Part shown: piece after piece, positions 54,565 through 64,000 of the stretch
Layout: each line of letters begins with the position of its first letter
How positions within the stretch are numbered: the stretch's first letter is position 1
Source of the DNA: Lingula anatina
Lineage: Eukaryota > Animalia > Brachiopoda
Direction of reading: 5' to 3'
Assembly (NCBI GenBank): GCA_051362555.1
Contig: CM120641.1
Span: 21,638,001-21,702,000 of the forward strand
DNA: 64,000 nt
Notes under the pieces: generated by a model
What the model saw: the letters and a program-made list of their open reading frames with translations, nothing else
Databases searched by the model: none
Told to the model about the DNA's origin: nothing
Position numbers and translations under genes: made by a program

Positions 54565-55030
54565 AAGAGATTACGTTGAGAGCGACATTGAAAGTACTAA
54601 AGATACTGGTGTTGTTTCTGTACACGGGGGGTACAATAGAAGACCACAGCACGTACATTTTTAACAACATTTTCCCCCGAAGACGATATTATTGATAGTA
54701 TTCGATTTGTACGGCAGGTACATTATTAACAACATTTCCCACGAAGACGATATTATTGATAGTATTTGATTTGTGTTATGTACTACTACATTTATTGAGT
54801 GCAACGCTGTGTGAATATGTAATGAAATTTAAACGCGTATCAATCGATACAATAGAACAACTGTAGTCACACCCATGCGTGTTGTTGTAAGGGATTACAT
54901 CAAGAGAGTGGCATTGAAATTATAAGAGGCTGGTGTTGATTCTGTGAACAGGGAGGACAATATAAGGCCAGGGCATATGAATAATCAACAGCATTTTCTC
55001 ACGGTTGTCACCCTACATTTTCCCGCGAAC
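54565..55030 (+). repeat. Diverged direct repeats in the central spacer
   Basis: A ~65-bp tandem duplication (GTACATT.TTAACAACATTT..CC.CGAAGACGATATTATTGATAGTATT.GATTTGT) at ~54650-54775, and a ~110-bp diverged repeat at ~54569-54675 vs ~54893-54998. Confidence 0.75.
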
Positions 55031-55442
55031 AACACAATGGTATACGTAATTTTATGTGACGTGGGATATTTTTATTGGTTAAAAGTTTTATTTCATTATT
55101 CTTAATATTAAACATCGTGGCTTCGGCGTCATTTGAGCATTAACGTCTGTGGAGGCATGTCGCGGCAATACATTGTAGAAGGTCCCATGGAGAGCCAGTG
55201 TAGGAGCACACAAAATGTAAGTTACTGAACATTCAGTCAATTTAATTCACGTTAAAATTTTTGTATATATCGTTAACATTGTGTCTAAAATGTTTAGCTG
55301 TCTGAAAACGGGGGACTGATTTGATTTTTTGATCTTTATAGATATCACGCACAGTGGCTATTGCTTGAGCTTGAGATTTCCTTACCCTCACCCCTTACAT
55401 TACCCCTCCTTTTATTACATGTGCCTTTAACACTATTTTATC

Positions 55443-58400
55443 ATGGGTGACACAGAGTCTGAGGGATCGGTTTCTAATTTGTGGGAAGACATGAGTAATG
55501 AGGATGATTTATTGAATGCGGAGCATGAGAGTGGTGAAGAGTTATGGGCTGATTCAAATGTAACAGACGATCAGCTGGTAAATCATGTAGATCAGTTCGA
55601 AGGTGAACTCGGGATGGGGTTAGATTATAGAAGGTTTTATAATCTGCGACGGGTCAATGAACGGCGCATGAAAAAATTTTCAACTGTAAACACGGACTAT
55701 CAGCTCACATTCTCCCATTTAGAAAATAGAAGTTTAAATTCTATGATCCCGTTCCTACGTGAGCTTTTCCAAAACATATTTGACGACTTAGTGCAGAACA
55801 TGCTTCCTCATGATTTGGTCAGAATTGTCTTGCAATCTGACACGTTAGAGTATCCCATATCAATAGCGTTCACGAGGGTATCTGAATTTACAGTGGATCT
55901 CTTTTTGGACGAATTGATAAGAGTATTACAGTCTCACGAGGAGTTTAGACTCGACGCATCTATTATTTTAACTGTGTGTCATGTCAGTATGCCACGCCCT
56001 GGTGGAGCAAGATTAAAAAGAGGGTCTATGGGTCTGCAGAGCTTTCTCCACGCAAAGCGTTCAGTCATTCAAATACGTAACGGGGCGGGAGATCAGTTGT
56101 GTTTAGCGCGTGCATTGGTTGTAGCTATGGCCAAAGCAGATAATGACCCCGAATATGCAACAATCGTTGATAACCGTTGTCGTGAACAATTAGAAAGAGC
56201 CCAAGACTTGCATACAAGAGCTGGAGTACCGTTAGGTCCTTGTGGTGTCCCTGAAATTAAACAGTTTCAGTCATATTTGAGTAATTATCAAATATCTGTG
56301 TTTTCTGGAGATCACTTTATGAGTTTAATTCATAAAGGACCTTCAGCTTTGAAGGAGCTGTTTTTATTTTATCATAAGGGGCATTATGATGTCATAACTT
56401 CGATAACAGGTTTCATGGGTAGAGCGTACTATTGTACGGAATGCAATATAGGTTTTGATCACATGGGTGACCATTCGTGCGAAAAATATTGCGAGAGGTG
56501 TAAAAAGGATTCGTCATGCAAGTTTGAAAATTGGCGTCATTGCGATCAGTGTAGCAGAAATTTCCTCTCTGACAGCTGTTTTAGAAATCATACACTTGTA
56601 CCCGAACAAGGTAAATGGTCAACCTGCCGACGATTTACTCTTTGTAAAAAGTGCACTAAATTTGTCGATCATAAAAGGGAAGAAAAACATGTGTGTTACA
56701 CTTACAAGTGCAAGTCATGTAATAAGTACGTCAAAGACGGTCACTTATGTTACATGCAAATTGATAGAGATGACCTTGGTGAGGATGATGACGATTTACT
56801 TATGTATATCGATGAGAATCCTGCTGCCAATTTCATTGGTAAGTTTAAACCTGGTTCAAAACGCCCTTTCATATTTTTTGATTTTGAAGCGCAGCCATCG
56901 CATGTTCATACCCCTAATCTAGTGGTTGCTCACAGGGTATGTCATCACTGTCTAAATTTAGACGTAACCCCCACTAGTACATGTGAGCTATGTGGCAAAA
57001 ATGAACATGTGTTTAAGGGGCCGTCGTGTGTTGATGAATTTTGCAAATGGGTATTTGAAGATCAGAGTTTTGAACGTGCACAAGGTAAAAGGAAAAGGAA
57101 AGGAAAAAACAAAGGAGGTCGCAGTAAACGAATGAATCCTGGAGCATCGTTATGTTTTGATGGTGCTGAGTATGAATGTGAGAATAACGAGGAGGATATG
57201 ATCATACATAATGGGGCTATATTGTTGGCACACAACATGTCTGGTTATGATGGTTTTTTCCTCTTAAAATGGCTCAAAGACCAATGTATCGTTCCTGAGG
57301 TGATATTACGGGGCGCCAAGGTGCTTTCTATTAAGGTGGGCGATATAACCGTTATTGATTCTTACAGCTTCCTCCCCATGGCACTCAACAAACTTCCCGC
57401 TGCATTTGGTCTAGATGAATCCCTGTCAAAGGGCTACTTCCCCCACTTCTTTAATACCCCTGAAAACCAAGACTATAGGGGTAAAATGCCCGCCACTAAT
57501 TTCTATGGCTCTGATTCAATGTCTACCGGTGCGAGAGAAAAATTTTTGGCATGGTACAATGATCAGGTTAGTCAAAACTATATATTTGATTTCCAAAAGG
57601 AAATACTCATATACTGCCGCATGGACGTCACCATTCTTCGGCAAGCATGTCTCCGATTCAGGAAATTGATGCTTGATATAACAGTTGCGAATGGTGTGGA
57701 AATTGATGTTTTTTACAGATCTATCACTATAGCCAGCGCATGCAATGTTGTGTTCAGATCTTTATTTCTTATGCAAAACACGATCGGCATTATTCCAGCA
57801 CAGGGTTATAAGCCGAAAAACAAAACGTCCGTGAAAGCAGCTAAATGGTTGCGGTATAGGGCGGAGCGTGACAATGTCTTTATACAGCATGCTCATAATC
57901 AGGGAGAAAAGAAAATAGGAAAGTTTGTCGTTGATGGTTGGGCGTCAACAACTAACACTGTCTACGAGTATCAGGGGTGTTTTTGGCATGGGTGTCCAAA
58001 ATGTTACAACAGTTACAATATCAACAATGTCAATTTGATGACAATGGGTGAGTTGTTAGAAAGGACGGTGGATAAGAAGCATGCGCTTCAGTCTTTAGGT
58101 TTCAACTACATAGAGGTATGGGAGTGTGAGTTTGACAGGGTCATACGGGAGGATGCTGGCGTGAAAGAAATAGTGGATAGCGTGAACGTTGTCGATTGTA
58201 TTGATCCTCGTGAAGCCTTTTACGGGGGCAGGACGAACGCAGTCAAGCTTTTTTGTCAGGCAGATCAGGGACAGAAAATACGTTACATTGACGTGTGTAG
58301 TCTATATCCATATGTCAACAAATACAAACCATACCCCCTCTGTCACCCCACCATCATAACCGAAAACTTTGGTCCTCTTAGCGAGTATGAAGGTTTAGTC

Positions 58401-59839
58401 AAATGTACTATTCTTCCTCCTCACGGCCTTTATCATCCTGTCCTTCCCTATAGATCACAAGGGAAACTAACATTTCCTCTTTGTCGCACATGCGCTGACA
58501 CACTGCAGCAGTCACGGTGTGAGCATAATGACGAAGAAGAGCGATGTATGACAGGTACATGGGTTACGGTCGAGTTAAAAAAGGCCGTTTCCAAGGGCTA
58601 TGTGATTAAACAAATGCACGAGGTCTGGCATTATGATCATGTTAGCGAATACAACCCAATCACCAAAACGGGGGGTCTTTTCTCTGACTATATCAATACA
58701 TTTCTCAAGCTCAAACAAGAGGCCAGCGGCTATCCACCAGAGTGCACGACACCACAGCTCAAAAGAGACTACATTGCTTCTTACTTCACCAAAGAGGGCA
58801 TTCGACTAGACCCTAACCAAATTAAGAAGAACCCAGGTCTGAGGGCATTGTCTAAACTGATGCTTAACAGCTTTTGGGGTACGTATAAACAGAGGTAGCA
58901 TTCATTTATTACATACACTATGTCTGAGGTTCACGCATGATTCCAATATTTGTATTTGTCATTCACCGTAAATAATGGTAATAACATCGTACGTACATTT
59001 GCATATTACATCTGTCCTTGATGCTTTATTATGTTTACACCTTGTTTATTCACATCATACAATATTACAGTACTTCTCATCCGTGCATTTTCACTATCCT
59101 TACTCGCATAGTTATGTTATTATTTTTTATGTTTGTTATTTCAGGCAAATTCGGTCAACGAATGAACATGACACAGTCCGAATACGTCACCGAGGTGGAC
59201 GAGTACTTTGCACTGCTGTTGAACAAATCCGTCGATGTCACCAACGTGATGTTTTTAACCGATGATATGGTGGAGGTACACTACAAACACCAATCTGAGT
59301 TTAATGAATGCTCCGATAAGACCAACGTCGTCATAGCCGCGTACACCACCGCCCACGCTCGTATGGTTCTTTACAGCGCCATAGAGGTCCTGGATCGAAA
59401 CGTTCTTTACTTTGACACGGACTCAATCATCTTCCTGGACGATGGCAGTGCACAAACCAACGCCTACCTAAATACCATCATGGGCAGCTACCTTGGCGAC
59501 TTCACCGATGAGTTAGATGAGGGGGACCACATCACCACCTTCGTGTCGGGCGGGCCGAAAAACTACGCATACGTTACCGCAAAGGGAAAGACAATTTGTA
59601 AAGTGAGGGGTATCTCACTGAATTATGAAACCTCACAAATAGTGAACTATGAGACTTTACGTAACATGGTACACGGTATAGGTCCGAAAGAGGTGTCAAC
59701 AACTACACATCATAAAATTGTGCGAGACACTCTGAATAAAGAACTGCTCTCTAAAAGGGAGGATAAAGTTTACCGGGTTGTGTACACTAAACGTGTCATT
59801 CAGCAAGACTCATTTGATACACTACCATACGGCTATTAA
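55443..59839 (+). CDS. Protein-primed DNA polymerase B (Polinton/Maverick pPolB), full length, 2 exons, 1376 aa
   Basis: Exons 55443-58878 and 59145-59839, with a phase-1 intron GTACGT...TTTCAG. Motifs: ExoI FFDFE, ExoII AHNMSGYDGFF, ExoIII YCRMDV, VSR-like VDG...YEYQGCFWHGC, FYGGRT, motif A DVCSLYP, motif B KLMLNSFWG/KFG, motif C YFDTDS and GPKNY. The N-terminus has OTU-like DQLCLARA and GHYD motifs and a Cys/His-rich zinc-binding region. Confidence 0.95.
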
Positions 59840-60375
59840 CTTTCATAAATTGCCGAGTAGTGTTGTTTATATATTTATCATTTTTCATTTTGTTGTACAT
59901 ACATTGTTTTGCTGTTTTAATCTGTGCATGTAATTGATAGATTCACTATACTCACTTTGCACTGCATTATGCATAATTATTATCTTTTAGTAAATTAGAC
60001 ATTTATGTACATTGTTTTAATGTTTTAATGTGTATATACAACTGTTCACTATGATCAACTTACAATGCAATTATGTATTTCAATAAAATCATGTTTTATT
60101 TACAAATTTACTTGTTTATCACTACATTGTGCCTTTTTCCTTAGTAATTCTTTAAAATCTCCTACATGCCCAGGCCCGTTCTGTGACGTCATCCGTTACC
60201 ATAGTAAAACGTAAACAAAAATAGGGAGTCTCGTTTGTTTACATTAAAAAAATTGTTTGTTTATTTTGTAAACATCCCCATTGTCCGGTATAGGTTTTCC
60301 ATTGTTCAAATGATGTAACATAACAAAGGAAAAAAATGGAATTCTTTTCTCCCGTATAGTACGGATGTAACTACT
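56857..60375 (+). repeat. Right terminal inverted repeat arm (3,519 bp)
   Basis: Reverse complement of 50202-53720. Contains the 3' two-thirds of pPolB, its intron, an AATAAA at 60082-60087 and the ACTACT terminus. Confidence 0.95.
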
Positions 60376-60776
60376 CCCCTGACCCCCCCTCCAAATCTAC
60401 CACTGAGACTACACCAACCTCCTCTGCTTGAGGTAAAAAAAAAAAATTTTTTAACAGTGTCTTTTTGGTCAAATAAAAATATTATAATACATGTACAAAA
60501 AGAAACAATTGGGCCTTTTTTTAGAAGAAAGAAACATTTTAAAAGAAAAAAAGAGAAGCAGGCAAATATGAATAAATTTAATGCAAAGACTAAATGAATA
60601 AACTAATACATGAATTAATGAATTAAATGTTGAATAAATAAATGAATAAGTGAACCGTACGTTATATTAAAATAAATGACCGATTTTTTGTAGGCCTATA
60701 GACTAGGCAAACCATCAAGGTTCATTCTTTGCCTTTGAATTTTCCTAGATTTATTTAACGGAAAGCCCCTAACGTT

Positions 60777-61444
60777 CACCCTGAGCTTCAGAGCTAACTT
60801 GACACTAACCTTTTCACTGTAGCCTATCTCCATCGTGTCAAGTAACCTCTGACCAGATTCGATTGCCTCCGCCGCCCGCCAATCAAATTTAAAAGCCCGC
60901 ACTCAATGACTCATTAAACGATCTAGCCAATGAACGCGAACGAGTCAAAGCGCGCTTTGTTCAAATCCGGACCAATTAAAGATAAGGCTGAATATCAGGG
61001 ACTTGCCGTAACCTGTGGGCAGCACGCAAATAACATCGTCTCTCAGTAGATAATGATGCAGGGCCTCAAACTGCTAGACCCTATGGTTTCAATTCCGATT
61101 TACTCATATTTTGCAAAGAATCAAGAGATAACTTAACACATTCTTTTTCGTAGTCACTCGCCTTGCTTTCTTTGTGTACGGTAATACACTCGGAACTACT
61201 CGGATGTCTCCGCACTCGACAATAACTATGTTGTTAGTATGGAGCTTGCGGAATCAGCCGAGGATTGCCGATTGACGGTCAACCAATCAGCGTTTTCACC
61301 AAACTTTGGTGAAAAATTTTGAAACATGGATTTGATTGGCTTATATAAACTAGGTCAAACTATTTTTGTCAGAGGTTACTTGACACGATGGAGATAGGCT
61401 ACAGTGAAAAGGTTAGTGTCAAGTTAGCTCTGAAGCTCAGGGTG
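60777..61444. mobile_element. MITE with 77-bp TIRs and 8-bp TSD, copy 2
   Basis: Nearly identical to 9674-10288 but 53 bp longer (internal indels). TSD CTAACGTT at 60769-60776 and 61445-61452. Confidence 0.93.
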
Positions 61445-62029
61445 CTAACGTTAAGCCAAGTTCCAAACGTCAAACAGGTGTGGGCTCCAAGCCCCCCTCC
61501 CCCCCCCCCCCCCCTCTCTTTCAAATAATCCTGCGTCCACCCCTGATGAGGGTAATTGCCTTGTAACTTTTCAACTTTTATCACAGTCGTGAATAAATAA
61601 AAAGATTATTTGGAAAAAAAAAAAAACTGTGCGTTAATGATTGACGTGAACTTTCATAAAGGTTAGATATAAAATGCTAGTCCCGCAGTTAGTTCCGGAG
61701 ATTACCAGTTTACGACACGTCTCAGTATGCGGCCTCATACTGTATGTGTCGAGAACCGTAAAAATCGTGTAATGAAACCTAATGGAAAATACTAGCATTT
61801 CCAAAAAACTTACAAAAGATAACAGAGGTGGGTTTCTTTATTGATGAAATATACCTATTTGATCGTGCAGCTTAGGAAAGTTTCATTGTAATTTCAATCA
61901 TTTTGTCAGAGCATTTGTAACTCAACTAGTATTTATAAATGGTAGTAATAGTATAATTAATTTAGTTTATTTCACTGTATGATAAGGCCTGCGAACCTTT
62001 TTACAATAATTTGAAAATCATTCATTTCT

Positions 62030-62640
62030 ATAATTATACATCTCCCTTGTCCACTTCGAATAACGACTTTCTTCTTATTTCTGTTGTCAAATGATTCGCA
62101 AATTTCGCAAATTTATAATATTTTTTTGATTTCATCAATATGATAAATATTTCATGTGAACCCAATTCCCAATTACAAATATCCGATAAGAAATTATCCT
62201 TTAAGTTGCTAAATAGAGGACTTTCTAACAAGAAATGTCTTTTGCATTCGACTTCCTCCCAATTTGTAACACTGACAAATTCTCTGATCCCTAGACTTAC
62301 TATGTCTGCCTTTTTTTAATTTCAAGTTGATGATTTTAGTATCTAACTGATATACAATTAAAACTAGCTTTATCAAATACTGTAACATATGGCTCAATAA
62401 TGAGATCATGCTTAAATAACTCATAGGGCCTATATATCTAGTTTCATATGGTTAGACATTTCGTCATACCACCCCTGGAAGTCATTGTCCATGCACATCT
62501 GATGAAATTCCTTTACAAATGAACTTTCATCCCCTACTCTTTGATTTATCCAGGCTATTCCAAAACCATTCCCATATGAATGCTTTTTTACTAGTAATAC
62601 CCAACATACTTTTATGGTGTGCTGGTTAATTCGTGGGTTT
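62030..62640 (-). mobile_element. Degenerate LINE ORF2 3' remnant
   Basis: The minus-strand translation NLKLKKGRHSKSRDQRICQCYKLG resembles the L.IE.GRY....R.C..C motif of the LINE at 1495-1950. It is frameshifted and the boundaries are approximate. Confidence 0.45.
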
Positions 62641-63776
62641 GGTGGTTAATATGGGCATTTGTGCTAAAAGATCTGTGGGTGGTATTAGAAAATGACAACT
62701 ATCATTTATGAGGCCTGAGCAGGTAGCCAGTCATAGGACGAAATTCATGAGTTAGCACTGCTGTCTACAATTTCTGAGACAGTGATAATTACTGGATGTG
62801 CTCAGTCATTAAAGCAAAGGCCTCAAAAAGTCTAAAATGATGACCAGCTTGTGCATCCACCGCAATGCGGGAGCTCTCAAAGATTTGTCTTAACTCTCCT
62901 CTCCTCAACTCGCACACTCCTGCAAAGCCAACCAGTTTTCCCAACAACAGAGCGATGAATAAGGTAAGGTTCATTGCAGTGTCTACCACTAGGCTGCTGT
63001 GAAGTGAAACATCCACAAAAGAATACAAAAAAAAAAAAAAATAGACTTCTGCATATGTTGATTATTCAAAGAAAAGTACTGTTTACCGAAGGAAATATAT
63101 TATTAGTTTAATGCTGGGAAAACTTACACTGGGTCTCCCAGCAGAGTAATAAGCATATGTAGTAGGCATATATTTTCTCTGGCTGCAATTTGCCAATTTT
63201 TTTTTCATAAAATTCAGTAAAAATGTTTTTTTTAAATGTTTGTTTTGACCTTTCTTAGTTTGCCAAAACATCACTCGTGGTAGTTCCAGCTGATTTTATT
63301 CATGTGACAGCACAGGTCAGTTCCCTATGCAGTAGTCCAAAAGCGGCAGGCAATGAAAAAATGTAGAAATTGATACTCATGGGGTGCCATTTCTTGTAGT
63401 TTGCAAAAACAAACAAAGAGTGCTTTTTGATACAAATGTCTGCAGTCAATACCTCTGACTTGATTATATGATTAACTCACATCCGCGCTTTCATGTCTAC
63501 TTATGTTCTTTTGATTCACTAACATGCCATTTTAAAGTTTTTTGATTCACTAACATGCCATTTTAATATGTACATGTAGGTAGTTAGACTTCCCATGTTT
63601 GGCTTATTTACTGCTTGATAATATGCATAAATTTCCATATTATGCAGGTACAGTATGGTAACACATATAGTGGCTATTTAATTTGTTTTCAGAAATATGT
63701 TGTTATACATGCAAATTGCTGATTTTATTGCCCCATTTGGTATATTTCAGGTATTTGACGGTCAATACGTATAGCA

Positions 63777-64000
63777 ATGAAGATGCACAGGTCATCCAGT
63801 TTCCCTAGCAATTCCACAGTTCATCACTGGATGAAAGCAATAAAAGCTCCAACCCCGTATCGCATAGGAGCCTCTGTGCATATAAAACCTAAAGTATTAA
63901 TAGCAGCTACCGTCATGGCATCCACTGTCATTGTGATAATTCTCTTCATGTTATTTCCAAGTCCACCACATCATTTATGTATGGATGAGCTAACTGGGGA
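63777..64000 (+). CDS. CANT1: First coding exon of a type II membrane protein, probably calcium-activated nucleotidase 1 (apyrase); runs off the window
   Basis: Acceptor TTTCAG at 63750 and ATG at 63777, open to the window end. HHWMKAIKAPTPYRIG followed by a hydrophobic anchor (VLIAATVMASTVIVIILFMLF) resembles the W..A.R.P..YR[IV]G N-terminus I recall for invertebrate CANT1. The catalytic domain is not visible. Confidence 0.6.
   Translation, partial: MKMHRSSSFPSNSTVHHWMKAIKAPTPYRIGASVHIKPKVLIAATVMASTVIVIILFMLFPSPPHHLCMDELTG

Larger units (their letters stand above)
50202..60375. mobile_element. Polinton/Maverick-derived element, 10,174 bp, pPolB-only, with 3.5-kb TIRs
   Basis: Termini 5'-AGTAGTTAC...GTAACTACT-3'. 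Direct 6-bp TSD CCCCTG at 50196-50201 and 60376-60381. Encodes a protein-primed family-B polymerase. Arms 50202-53720 and 56857-60375 are reverse complements (all paired ORF coordinates sum to 110577). Confidence 0.95.
50032..60405. mobile_element. Short GC-rich hAT-like non-autonomous element interrupted by the Polinton-like insertion
   Basis: Left end CAGGGGCGGATCC (50032) and right end AAATCTACCACTG (60405) form an imperfect TIR with poly-G/C tracts; the element is ~200 bp once the insertion is removed. A related end lies at ~61524-61545 (minus strand). No TSD found. Confidence 0.5.
49873..60714. mobile_element. Outer MITE-like element (~117-bp inverted arms), split by nested insertions
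   Basis: 49873-49989 (TGGTTGCCTAGTCTATAGGCCTACAAAAAATCGGTCAT...) is the near-identical reverse complement of 60597-60714. Confidence 0.75.

Noticed and set aside
53721-55442. Hidden integrase, ATPase, protease or capsid gene in the spacer
   Set aside because: Only 1.7 kb, mostly palindrome and direct repeats. The single 86-aa ORF shows no DDE, Walker A or capsid-like features.
59018-59144. Hydrophobic N-terminus of the 273-aa ORF (and mirror 51433-51559) as a separate membrane protein
   Set aside because: It is read-through of intron sequence; the real exon starts at 59145 and continues pPolB.
56455-59265. Overlapping alternative-frame ORFs within polB (155, 84 and 96 aa, and their mirrors)
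   Set aside because: Shadow ORFs with no recognisable motifs.
50202-60375. Whole inverted duplication as a fold-back read or assembly artefact
   Set aside because: Symmetry stops exactly at the AGT/ACT termini, the immediate flanks differ, and the TSD is a direct repeat. An artefact is unlikely, though read-level confirmation is still needed.
62789-63028. 79-aa minus-strand ORF with a hydrophobic start
   Set aside because: No family resemblance; the region could equally be a plus-strand non-coding exon (donor at ~62963) of the downstream gene.

Overview
AT-rich animal (invertebrate-like) genomic DNA with spliceosomal genes. Host genes reconstructed by hand: MRPL9 (minus strand, 3' end runs off the window) head-to-head with a complete 9-exon COMMD4 (199 aa). 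There is also a decayed kinase-like locus, a small secreted peptide precursor with two alternative last exons that both end in DW-stop, and the 5' end of a probable CANT1. Repeats include LINE remnants, four Helentron-type (HINE) elements, several MITEs and minisatellites. The standout is a 10,174-bp Polinton/Maverick-derived element at 50202-60375, with AGTAGT...ACTACT ends and a CCCCTG 6-bp target-site duplication. Its terminal inverted repeats are 3,519 bp and it has no recognisable integrase, ATPase, protease or capsid gene. It carries only an intron-containing protein-primed DNA polymerase B, in two divergent copies: one full length (1376 aa) and one truncated (909 aa) that starts at a new ATG just before the exonuclease domain. 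A ~530-bp palindrome lies between them. All calls are from reading the sequence; no database search was run.
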